Shown: positions 42,591 through 50,387 of the stretch, one piece after another | Layout: each line of letters begins with the position of its first letter | How positions within the stretch are numbered: position 1 is the stretch's first letter | Assembly: GCA_963719225.1 (NCBI GenBank) | Contig: CAVRAY010000001.1 | Coordinates: forward strand, 992,001-1,056,000 | DNA length: 64,000 nucleotides | Reading direction: 5' to 3' | From: Thermoanaerobaculia bacterium | Lineage (GTDB): Bacteria; Acidobacteriota; Thermoanaerobaculia; UBA5066 | Notes under the pieces: model-generated | The model's input: only the letters and a program-made list of their open reading frames with translations | Told to the model about the DNA's origin: nothing | Database searches by the model: none | Program-made: the position numbers and the translations under genes

Positions 42591-43204
42591 GGCGGAACCT
42601 TCCTGAGCTGAAACTCCCATCCGCAATGCCCGTGGGCGTCCGGGTCCGGCGGGCAGTGGAGGCAGCGGGTCTCGATGCGCGCGTCGACGGTGCGCGCGAA
42701 CGTCTCGAACTCGACCTCGCCGACGGGCCGGCACGGGAAGTCCGGGAGACCCTTGTGCCGCCGCGTTTCCTGGACGCGGCAGGACGTCATGAAGAAGCGC
42801 AGGACGGGCCCGTCCCGCTCGGTCCGGCTGGGGTTGACGAAGCTGTACGCCCGGAGAGAAAGCGCCCGCGCGAGCGCGTCGAGGCCGCCGTCCTTCGGGA
42901 TCGCGTACGCCTCCAGGATCCGGCGCGCCTCGGCGGCCGCGAACCGGCGCCAGGCTGCGGCGTCGAGGGCGATCGCGACGTCCATCCCGAAGCGTTCCTC
43001 GGCGGCGAGGAACCAGCTGCCGTCGTGCGCGAGCCAGTTCCTGGCGAAGACGTCGAGAGCCGTGAAGAGACCCGCACGGTCGAGCGCCTCGAAAGCGGGC
43101 GGGACGGCGGCGCGCGCCGCTTCGTGTCCGAGCGCCGCGAAGGCCTCGCGCCTCTTCCGGAAGGATTCCTTCCGGCGCTCGATCTCGTCCGGGGGCAGCG
43201 TCAC
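42575..43204 (-). CDS. DUF6125-like protein (V4R-like fold, Cys ligands)
   Basis: NWLAHDGSWF, SCRVQETR, FPCRPVG and CLHCPPD...CGWEF motifs. GTG start with a GAGGAAGG RBS. Confidence 0.8.
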   Translation of the reverse strand: MTLPPDEIERRKESFRKRREAFAALGHEAARAAVPPAFEALDRAGLFTALDVFARNWLAHDGSWFLAAEERFGMDVAIALDAAAWRRFAAAEARRILEAYAIPKDGGLDALARALSLRAYSFVNPSRTERDGPVLRFFMTSCRVQETRRHKGLPDFPCRPVGEVEFETFARTVDARIETRCLHCPPDPDAHGHCGWEFQLRKVPPCVIE

Positions 43205-43374
43205 GCGTCCGTCCCCTTCCTCGCCTCCGGCCGGGTCGGCCTCGAGCAGCTCGTCCCGCCGCCGGCGGGACCACTCGCCCCTCACGTCGGGACGCCGAGG
43301 CGCGGGAAGACGAACGTCTGGAGCAGAACCCAGACGAGCAGGGCGCCCCAAAGCCACGCGGCGTCGCTGCTCAT
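43201..43374 (-). CDS. Candidate small single-TM selenoprotein (57 aa, UGA at codon 31)
   Basis: MSSDAAWLWGALLVWVLLQTFVFPRLGVPT-UGA-GASGPAGGGTSCSRPTRPEARKGTDA*. GGAG RBS, hairpin after the UGA, final TGA overlapping the next GTG. Confidence 0.65.
43253..43271 (-). promoter_or_regulatory. SECIS-like stem-loop
   Basis: GUCCCGCC-GGC-GGCGGGAC: 8-bp stem starting at +11 after the UGA, apical loop beginning with G. Confidence 0.6.
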
Positions 43375-43404
43375 CCGCGGCTCCGGGCGCCCACAGGGGT
43401 GGTG

Positions 43405-43454
43405 TTGGCGATGACCATTAATTACAATATAATCATTAAGTTATAGATGGTCAA
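43405..43454. promoter_or_regulatory. Overlapping divergent sigma70 promoters with an AT-rich inverted repeat
   Basis: Minus strand TTGACC-17-TATATT (43454-43426). Plus strand TTGGCG-17-TATAAT (43405-43433). TTAAT-N12-ATTAA at 43418-43439. Confidence 0.65.
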
Positions 43455-44667
43455 CCCCCCCGACCGCCGCCGCGTCCTCCTCTTCGCGTCGCCCGTCCTC
43501 GCGGCGCTGCCGCTCGCTGCGGCGCTCGTGGGCGTCTCGCTCGTCGCGGCCGACTCGCTTCGGGCGCGGGACGCGGCCGTGCGCGACGGGCTCCTCGCCC
43601 GCGCGGGCCACGAGCTCGAGGCCCGGCTTCGCAACGACGGGCCCGACGGGGCGCCGCAGGCCCTCGGGGAGTTCCTGGCCGCCCACGCGGCCCTCGTCCG
43701 GGGGGTCGAGGTGGTGGGACCCTCGAGAACGGCGGAGCGGCGAGGCGAGACGGAGGGGACCCCGGTCGAGATGCCCGCGATGCTGGGCCCGGGCTGGCGG
43801 CCCGCAGGCGGCTTCGGCGCGATGGCCGGCCCCGGGTTCGCGGAAGGCCGGCGGGGTTCCGGCCGCAGTCCCTTCGTGCTCCGCTTCTATCCGGCCCGCG
43901 GCGCCGGTGCCGAGGGCGGCCTCGCGCTCGCGCTCGTCCTCGGGTCGGTCGCGGCGGGAGCGGGCCTCGTCGTCCTGTCGCTCGCGGCGGCGCGCGGCCT
44001 CGCCGAGCGGGCACGGCGCGAGCGGCTCGAGGCCGAGCGCGAGCGCCTCGACGCCGTCGCCCTCACGGGCGCCGGCCTCGCCCACCGCGTTCGCAATCCT
44101 CTCGCCGCGATCAAGGGCACCGCGCAGCTCATGGCCGACCGCCCCGGCCAGCAGGTCGCCGAGCGCTCGCGGCGGATCGTCGAGGCCAGCGCCCGGATCG
44201 AGGATCTCGTGGCGCAGATTCTGAGGTTCGCGCGGCCCGTCGAGCCCCAGCCGGAGAGTCTCGACCTCGCCGCGCTGGCACGGGAGGCTGCGGAGCGCGC
44301 GGGCGAGGGCGTGACGGTTTCCGGCACTCCTTCGGTGGAAACGTTTGCCGACGCAGGCCACGCGGCCGACGTGCTGCACGAGCTCCTCGCCAACGCGCGC
44401 GCGCATGATCCCGGCGGGACGCTCGCCGTCGCCGTCGGAGCGGACGGCGGCACGGCCTGGGCGGAGGTGCGCGACCGCGGCCCCGGGCTCTCCGTCGATC
44501 CGGCGCGGGCGTTCGACCCCTACGTCACGGGCCGGCCCGGCGGCACGGGGCTCGGCCTCCCGACGGTGAGGGCGCTCGCGCGCGCGAACGGCGGCGACGT
44601 GACGCTCGCCGCGCACGCCGGCGGCGGCTGCGTGGCGCGGCTGACCCTGCCCGGGGTCCGGGGCTGA
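43447..44667 (+). CDS. Sensor histidine kinase
   Basis: Two TM helices, H box AHRVRNPL, N box ELLANA, DRGPG, FDPY and GTGLGL. Confidence 0.92.
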   Translation: MVNPPDRRRVLLFASPVLAALPLAAALVGVSLVAADSLRARDAAVRDGLLARAGHELEARLRNDGPDGAPQALGEFLAAHAALVRGVEVVGPSRTAERRGETEGTPVEMPAMLGPGWRPAGGFGAMAGPGFAEGRRGSGRSPFVLRFYPARGAGAEGGLALALVLGSVAAGAGLVVLSLAAARGLAERARRERLEAERERLDAVALTGAGLAHRVRNPLAAIKGTAQLMADRPGQQVAERSRRIVEASARIEDLVAQILRFARPVEPQPESLDLAALAREAAERAGEGVTVSGTPSVETFADAGHAADVLHELLANARAHDPGGTLAVAVGADGGTAWAEVRDRGPGLSVDPARAFDPYVTGRPGGTGLGLPTVRALARANGGDVTLAAHAGGGCVARLTLPGVRG

Positions 44668-44668
44668 G

Positions 44669-45952
44669 ATGGCGCGCGTCCTCGTCGCCGACGACGATCC
44701 GTCCTTCCGCGCGCTCCTGCGCGACATCCTCGAGGGGGAGGGACACGCCGTCGTCGAGGCCCGCGACGGGGAGGAGGCGCTGCGCTTCGCGCGCCGCGAG
44801 CCCTTCGCTCTCGTGCTGACGGACCGCCGGATGCCCGCGCGGGACGGGATCGCGCTCCTCAAGGCTCTGCGCGACGAGCTCCCGGCGCCGCCCCCCGTCG
44901 TCGTCCTGACGGGGTTCGGGACGATCCCGGAGGCCGTGGAGGCCGTGCGCCTCGGAGCCGCGGACTACCTGACGAAGCCGCTCGAGTCCCCGCGCGCGCT
45001 CCTCGCGGTCGTCGACCGGCTCCTCGCTCCCGAGGCGCCGGAAGAGGAGATCGTGACCTCGGACGCGCGGCTGCTCGAGGCCCTCGCGCTCGTCGACCGC
45101 GTCGCCCCGACGGACGTCCCGGTCCTCGTGACGGGGGAGTCGGGCACGGGCAAGGAGCTCGTCGCGCGACGGCTCCACGCCCGCTCGGCGCGCGCCGCGG
45201 GCCCTTTCGTCGCGGTAAACGCGGCGGCGCTGCCCGAGTCCCTCGCCGAGAGCGAGCTCTTCGGACACGAGCGCGGGGCGTTCACGGGCGCGGACCGCAC
45301 GCGGGCGGGGCGCTTCGAGGAGGCGAGCGGCGGCACGCTCTTCCTCGACGAGATCGGCGACCTCGCGCCCGCCCTCCAGGCCAAGCTGCTGCGCGTCCTC
45401 GAGGACGGGCGCGTGCGGCGACTCGGAAGCGAGAAGGACGTCACGGTCGACGTCCGCCTCATCGCCGCCACGAACCGCGACCTCGCGCGCGAGGCCGAGA
45501 TGGGCGGCTTCCGTCGCGACCTCTACTTCCGCCTCGCGGTCGTGCCCATCGCCCTGCCGCCGCTCCGCGAGCGCCCCGGCGACGTCCCGCTCCTCGCCCG
45601 GCACTTCGTGTCGCGCCTCGCGGCGCGTCATCGCCTGCCCGAACCGGAGCTCACGCCGGAGGCGCTCGACGTCCTCGGGGCTCAGAGCTGGCCGGGCAAC
45701 GTCCGTGAGCTGCGCAACGCGCTCGAGCGGGCGGTGGTGGTGCGTGGCGGCCTCGCGATCCGTCCGGAGGACGTGCGGCCGGCCGCCGCGTCCGCCGCGC
45801 CGACGCATACCCTCGACGAGGACACGCGCGAGCGCGAAGCCGCGCTCGAGGCCTTGCGCCTGTCGGGCGGGAACCGGGACGCGGCCGCCCGGAAGCTCGG
45901 GATCTCGGTCCGCACGCTCTACTACCGGCTCCGCCGCTGGGGCCTCAACTGA
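44669..45952 (+). CDS. Sigma54-dependent response regulator (NtrC/ZraR family)
   Basis: Receiver domain, GESGTGKE, GAFTGA, LFLDEIG, WPGNVREL, Fis-type HTH. Confidence 0.96.
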   Translation: MARVLVADDDPSFRALLRDILEGEGHAVVEARDGEEALRFARREPFALVLTDRRMPARDGIALLKALRDELPAPPPVVVLTGFGTIPEAVEAVRLGAADYLTKPLESPRALLAVVDRLLAPEAPEEEIVTSDARLLEALALVDRVAPTDVPVLVTGESGTGKELVARRLHARSARAAGPFVAVNAAALPESLAESELFGHERGAFTGADRTRAGRFEEASGGTLFLDEIGDLAPALQAKLLRVLEDGRVRRLGSEKDVTVDVRLIAATNRDLAREAEMGGFRRDLYFRLAVVPIALPPLRERPGDVPLLARHFVSRLAARHRLPEPELTPEALDVLGAQSWPGNVRELRNALERAVVVRGGLAIRPEDVRPAAASAAPTHTLDEDTREREAALEALRLSGGNRDAAARKLGISVRTLYYRLRRWGLN

Positions 45953-45988
45953 CTGCAGGCGTTGCGCGGCGGACTGCAGGTCCTGCAG
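45951..45988 (+). promoter_or_regulatory. Tandem upstream activator sites
   Basis: GACTGCAGG repeated 21 bp apart. The second site is the palindrome CTGCAG-GTC-CTGCAG. Confidence 0.6.
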
Positions 45989-46064
45989 GGACGATCCGGG
46001 GATCGTTGGAGGCAATTTCTCAGAAAGCGTTGGGCGACGGGGCCTTGGGCCCGGCCCCCGAGGC

Positions 46065-46080
46065 GGGCACGAAGCGTGCG
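46065..46080 (+). promoter_or_regulatory. Sigma54 -24/-12 promoter
   Basis: GGCACGAAGCGTGC = GG-N10-GC, about 27 nt upstream of the ATG with an AAGGAG RBS. Confidence 0.7.
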
Positions 46081-46106
46081 ATGACATTCGCCGAAAGGAG
46101 AACGAC

Positions 46107-46646
46107 ATGAAACGCACCCTCATCGCCCTCGCTCTCGGCTCTCTCGCAACCTTCCCGCTCGTCGCGCAGCAGGGGTCCGGCTATGGCCGCGGCCCGGGCT
46201 ACGGTCGCACGGCGGCCGCATCGAGTATCGACGTCACGAAGCCGTCCACCGTCATCGGCGACGTCGTCTCGCTCAAGGGCGGTCCCGGCCTCGGGATGCC
46301 GACTCTCACCGTGAAGGTCGGCGGCAGGGAGGAGGCTTACGTCCTCGGCGCGTACCGGTATCTCACCGCGCAGAAGTTCGCGCCCGTCGCCGGCGACGCG
46401 GTCCGCCTCCTCCTCTATACGTGCGAGGAATGCCCACAGGGATTCGTCGTTGCCGAGGTCGAGAACCTCACGCAGAAGACCACGCTGAAGCTCCGGAACA
46501 CCGACGGCACGCCGGTCTTCGTCGGCGGGCGCGGCGGGCACGGATGGGGAGCGGGCGCCGGCTGCTGCGGCGGCAACGGCCCGATGGACGGCACCGGCCC
46601 GATGGACGGCACCGGCCCGAACCCGAACTGCCCGAAGAAGTCCTGA
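46107..46646 (+). CDS. Secreted OB-fold-like protein with Gly/Cys-rich motifs
   Basis: AAGGAG RBS, signal peptide, CEEC, LKLRNTDGTPVF and a GCCGG...PNCP tail. Confidence 0.8.
   Translation: MKRTLIALALGSLATFPLVAQQGSGYGRGPGYGRTAAASSIDVTKPSTVIGDVVSLKGGPGLGMPTLTVKVGGREEAYVLGAYRYLTAQKFAPVAGDAVRLLLYTCEECPQGFVVAEVENLTQKTTLKLRNTDGTPVFVGGRGGHGWGAGAGCCGGNGPMDGTGPMDGTGPNPNCPKKS
46578..46620 (+). repeat. 18-bp tandem repeat (GPMDGT x2 plus partial copy)
   Basis: GGCCCGATGGACGGCACC twice, followed by GGCCCGA. Confidence 0.9.
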
Positions 46647-46650
46647 CGCC

Positions 46651-47862
46651 TCAGGCGCTCACGGGGACGGCCGCGGCCGCCTTCACGAGCGCCTGCTCGA
46701 GGTCGGCGATCAGGTCGCGCACGTCCTCGCAGCCCACGGCGAGACGCACGAGGTCGTCGGAGATCCCGGCGACCTCGCGCTCTTTCTTCGGCATCCCCGC
46801 GTGCGTCATCGAGGCAGGGTGCTCGATGAGCGTCTCGATGCCCCCAAGGCTCACGGCGAGCGTCGCGAGGCGGACCGAATCGATGAGAGCCTTGCCCGCC
46901 TCGAGGCCGCCCTTGACGCCGAACGAGAAGACGGCCCCCGGCCCCGCCATCTGCCGGAGCATCAGCGCGTGCTGCGGGTGGCTCGGGAGTCCGGGGTGGA
47001 GGACCCACGCGACTCCCGGATGCGTCTCGAGGAGGCGCGCGATCTCGAGCGCGCTCGCCTGCGCGCGCTCCATTCTGAGCCCGAGCGTCTTGACGCCGCG
47101 CAGCACGAGCCAGGCCTGGTGCGGGTCCATTGTCCCGCCGAAGGCGCAATGGACCTTCCGGAGCCGTTCGTGGAGCGCGGGGGAGCCGGTGACGATCGCG
47201 CCGCCGACGACGTCCGTGTGGCCGTTGATGTATTTCGTGAGGCTGTGGACGACGACGTCGGCCCCGAGCGCGAGCGGCTGCTGCAGGACCGGCGAGGCGA
47301 ACGTGTTGTCGACGACGAGGAGCGCGCCGTGCGCGTGCGCGATGTCGGCGCAGGCCCTGAGGTCCGTGAGCTTCATGGTCGGGTTCGCGGGAGTCTCGAC
47401 GTAGACCATCTTCGTCGAGGGCCGCATCGCAGCCGCGACGTTCTCCGGCTTCGAGGAGTCGACCCACGTCGAGGCGACGCCGAAGCGCGGGTACTCGTTC
47501 TCGAGGACGAGGCGCGACGGCCCGTAGACGGAGTCGGTCCCGACGACGTGCGCGCCCTGCTCGAGGAACGTGACGTAGACGGTGTTGATCGCCGCCATTC
47601 CGGTCGCAGCGCCGAGCGCGCCGCAGCCGCCCTCGAGGATCGCGAGACACTCCTCGAGCGCCGCGACGGTCGGATTGCCGAGCCGCGTGTACTTGTACCC
47701 GGGATCGCGGCCCTGGAAGCGTGCGGCACCCTCGTCCGCGTTCTTGAACGCGAACGTGGACGTCTGGTAGATCGGCGTCGAGACAGCGCCTGTGGCGGGA
47801 TCGGGACGCTGCCCCGCGTGGATGATGCGGGTGGCCGGGTGCATTCGGCGGATGTCGGTCAT
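46651..47862 (-). CDS. Methionine gamma-lyase / cystathionine gamma-lyase family enzyme
   Basis: PIYQTSTF, YTRLGNPT, ETPANP, DNTF, SLTKYINGH and VSLG motifs. Confidence 0.93.
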   Translation of the reverse strand: MTDIRRMHPATRIIHAGQRPDPATGAVSTPIYQTSTFAFKNADEGAARFQGRDPGYKYTRLGNPTVAALEECLAILEGGCGALGAATGMAAINTVYVTFLEQGAHVVGTDSVYGPSRLVLENEYPRFGVASTWVDSSKPENVAAAMRPSTKMVYVETPANPTMKLTDLRACADIAHAHGALLVVDNTFASPVLQQPLALGADVVVHSLTKYINGHTDVVGGAIVTGSPALHERLRKVHCAFGGTMDPHQAWLVLRGVKTLGLRMERAQASALEIARLLETHPGVAWVLHPGLPSHPQHALMLRQMAGPGAVFSFGVKGGLEAGKALIDSVRLATLAVSLGGIETLIEHPASMTHAGMPKKEREVAGISDDLVRLAVGCEDVRDLIADLEQALVKAAAAVPVSA

Positions 47863-49403
47863 TGCGTTTCCTTTCCGTTCGCGAGCGCGTGCGCCGCCGT
47901 CCGCGGCTCCCATTCGCCCGTCTTGTCGTCGAGCACGTAGCCATCCGCGAGCTCCCGGCCGCGGCGAGCGACGTGGTCGACCCCTTCGAGGAGGGCCTGG
48001 AACTCGTCCTCGCTCACGGTGGGCGACAGGCTGATGCGCACCCAGCCCGGCTTCTCGCCGAGGTGGCCCTCGTCGAGGCGGTGGCGGATCGCCTTCGAGC
48101 GCGTCTCGTCGATCGCAAGAAGGAGGTGGCCGTACGGTCCGGCGCACATGCAGCCCGCGCGCACCTGGATCCCGAAGAGGTCGTTCAGGAGCCGCGCCGC
48201 GAGGTTGTGGTGGACGTTCGGGAAGATCACCGAAAGGACGCCGAGGCGGCGTGTTTCGAGATTGCCGAGGATCGCGAGGTCGTCGCGCGGTCGCCACGCC
48301 GCGATCGCGCGGGAGAGGTAGTCCCGTTCGATGCGTTCCGTTCGCGAGGCACCGACAGCCGCCTTGAGGTCGAAGGCGAGGGCGGCCTGGATCGTCTGGA
48401 CGATCGGGGGCGTCCCGCCCGTCTCGCGCGACTCGATCGCGCCGAGGTAGCGGTGGTCCCAGGGGGACGTGTAAAGGACCGTCCCGCCACCCGGTTCGGC
48501 CGGCACGCGGTTCGTGAAGAGGCGCCGGTGCGCGACGAGGAGGCCGGGCGTTCGCGGGCCCCCGAGGAACTTGTGGACGGAGAAGAACACGGCGTCGAAA
48601 GCGGCCGCCGGATCGCCCCCGGGGTGCATGTCGACGTCCACGTACGGGCCCGCCGCGGCGTAGTCGAAGAACGCAAGAGCGCCGTGCCGGTGGAGGACGC
48701 GCGCGAGGCCGTGCACGTCGTTCAGGATCCCCGTCACGTTCGATGCGGCGCTGAACGTCCCGATCTTCCAGGGCCTGTGCGCGCTCTCGGCGAGCTTGCG
48801 ATCGAGGTCCTCGAGGCTGATGCGCCCGTCCGGGTCGAAGTCCACGTAGACGGAATCCCCGATCGTCTCGCGCCACGCGATGTCGTTCGAGTGGTGCTCC
48901 ATGAGGGACCGGAAGACGACGGGCCGGCCCTCTCTGGGAATCCGGGCCGCGAGGCCGAAGCGCTCGTCGAGCTGATCCGGGAGCCTGAGGCCGAGAACCT
49001 GGATCAAGCGGTTGATCGCGCCCGTCGAGCCCGAGCCGACGGGGATCACGACGTCTTCGCTCGTGGCGCCGACGTACGCCCCGATCTTCCGGAGAGCCGC
49101 GTCATAGCGCTCCGTCATGAGGCGGCCCGTGGAGCTGCTCAGCGTGTGCGTGTTCGCCATGTAGGGGAGGACGCGCTCGTTCAGCTCGTCCTCGACGTCG
49201 CGGTGGAAGCGGCCGGACGCGATGAAGTCGAAATAGCGGAGGGGCCGCTCGCCGAAGGGGCCGGAAATCGTCGCGTCGACGCCGACGATCCGTGCGCGGA
49301 GATGCGCGAGGAACGCGGCCTCCTCGCCGGCCGAGAGCGTGACGACGGGGCCGCGGGTCGCGGCGGAGGCCGCGTCGACGAGTCGGGGCAGGCCGGAGGC
49401 CAC
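47859..49403 (-). CDS. Class V PLP enzyme (SufS-like cysteine desulfurase/selenocysteine lyase)
   Basis: YFDFIASGR, ANTHT, EHHSN, SVHKFLGGP, GGTP and RAGCMCAGPY motifs. Confidence 0.9.
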   Translation of the reverse strand: MASGLPRLVDAASAATRGPVVTLSAGEEAAFLAHLRARIVGVDATISGPFGERPLRYFDFIASGRFHRDVEDELNERVLPYMANTHTLSSSTGRLMTERYDAALRKIGAYVGATSEDVVIPVGSGSTGAINRLIQVLGLRLPDQLDERFGLAARIPREGRPVVFRSLMEHHSNDIAWRETIGDSVYVDFDPDGRISLEDLDRKLAESAHRPWKIGTFSAASNVTGILNDVHGLARVLHRHGALAFFDYAAAGPYVDVDMHPGGDPAAAFDAVFFSVHKFLGGPRTPGLLVAHRRLFTNRVPAEPGGGTVLYTSPWDHRYLGAIESRETGGTPPIVQTIQAALAFDLKAAVGASRTERIERDYLSRAIAAWRPRDDLAILGNLETRRLGVLSVIFPNVHHNLAARLLNDLFGIQVRAGCMCAGPYGHLLLAIDETRSKAIRHRLDEGHLGEKPGWVRISLSPTVSEDEFQALLEGVDHVARRGRELADGYVLDDKTGEWEPRTAAHALANGKETQ

Positions 49404-49408
49404 GTCTC

Positions 49409-49771
49409 TCAGCGGCGGACGCCTCGTCGGGCGCGCCCGAGAATCGCGTCGGCCTTGTGGCGTGCCCCGCGCTCGACACCCTCGCAGACGATCGAGCAGA
49501 TCCTGAGGAGAGTCGGGTCGGCGATCGAGTAGACGGTGCGCGTGCCGTCCTTGCGCCGGCCCACGAGCGCCGAGCCGTGCAGGACGGCGAGGTGCTTGCT
49601 CACGTTCGCCTGCGTGCCCCCGACCTCGTCGAGGATCTCGCCGACGGAGGCATCGCTCCGAAAAAGCCGCCTCAGGATCTTGAGGCGCATGGGCTCGGAG
49701 AGCGCCCGGAAACGCATCGCGACCTCTTCGCAGCCGGCGTCCGTCAGGGGGAGGTGGGCGTTCATCGCCAT
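49409..49771 (-). CDS. ArsR/SmtB family regulator (Cys pattern suggests persulfide sensing)
   Basis: FRALSEPMRLKIL, QANVSKHL, N-terminal Cys and C-terminal ICSIVC. Confidence 0.88.
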   Translation of the reverse strand: MAMNAHLPLTDAGCEEVAMRFRALSEPMRLKILRRLFRSDASVGEILDEVGGTQANVSKHLAVLHGSALVGRRKDGTRTVYSIADPTLLRICSIVCEGVERGARHKADAILGRARRGVRR

Positions 49772-49779
49772 ATGGCGAT
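49764..49779. promoter_or_regulatory. Perfect 16-bp palindrome over the arsR start (operator)
   Basis: ATCGCCATATGGCGAT. Confidence 0.65.
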
Positions 49780-49836
49780 CATGGGTCTCGCATCGGAGCC
49801 GGTCAATGATGCCGATGGAGGAGGCGTCTCCGGGCG

Positions 49837-50325
49837 TCAGCGACGGGCGCGTCGGCCGGTGGAGGGCGCGGACTTCTCGAGGAGCGCCGCGGCCACGGCG
49901 GCGAGGAGCTCGGCGGCGGGCCGAAGGCGGCTGGCGGGAATCCCGGACAGCGCGCGCGCGACGGCGGCCTCGACCGTGCCGGCGGACGGGGCGTCGAGCC
50001 TCCGGCCGTGCGGGGTGAGCTCGAGGCGCGTCCGGCGCCGGTCCTTCGGGTCGAGCCTCCGCCGGACGAGATCGCGCCGCTCGAGACGGTGGAGGATGCC
50101 CGTCAGCGTGCTCGGGTGCAGCCGCAGGATCTCCGCGAGGGCGCCCGCCGAGATTCCGGGCCTGCGGCCGAGGACGCGGAGCGCGACGCGCTGGGGCCCA
50201 GTCAGCCCGAGGGAGGCGTGCATGCGCTTCGAGAGGGACTGCAGACCGTGGTCCAGGGCCCAGATGAGCCGCATGAACTCGAGCACCCTCCCGAAGCGCT
50301 TCGCCGTTCCGCGTGCCGCAGCCAT
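49837..50325 (-). CDS. MarR family transcriptional regulator
   Basis: GLTGPQ, LAEILRLHPSTLTGILHRLE and DPKDRR...LTPHG motifs. Confidence 0.92.
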   Translation of the reverse strand: MAAARGTAKRFGRVLEFMRLIWALDHGLQSLSKRMHASLGLTGPQRVALRVLGRRPGISAGALAEILRLHPSTLTGILHRLERRDLVRRRLDPKDRRRTRLELTPHGRRLDAPSAGTVEAAVARALSGIPASRLRPAAELLAAVAAALLEKSAPSTGRRARR

Positions 50326-50346
50326 GACGAGATGATCCCACGGATA

Positions 50347-50366
50347 TTGATTTGACCTCAAACGAA
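50347..50366. promoter_or_regulatory. Imperfect palindromic operator between marR and the ClC gene
   Basis: TTGATTTGACCTCAAACGAA, 17/20 identical to the palindrome at 57491. Confidence 0.65.
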
Positions 50367-50387
50367 AAATGCGGGAGACTCGCGCGA

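Noticed and set aside
43205-43357. N-terminal extension of the DUF6125-like ORF shown in the ORF track
   Set aside because: Low-complexity translation. A better RBS and GTG lie at 43204, and the region is occupied by the TM/UGA ORF in another frame.
46578-46620. Tandem repeat as a CRISPR-like array
   Set aside because: In-frame 18-bp coding duplication without spacers. There are no cas genes in the window.
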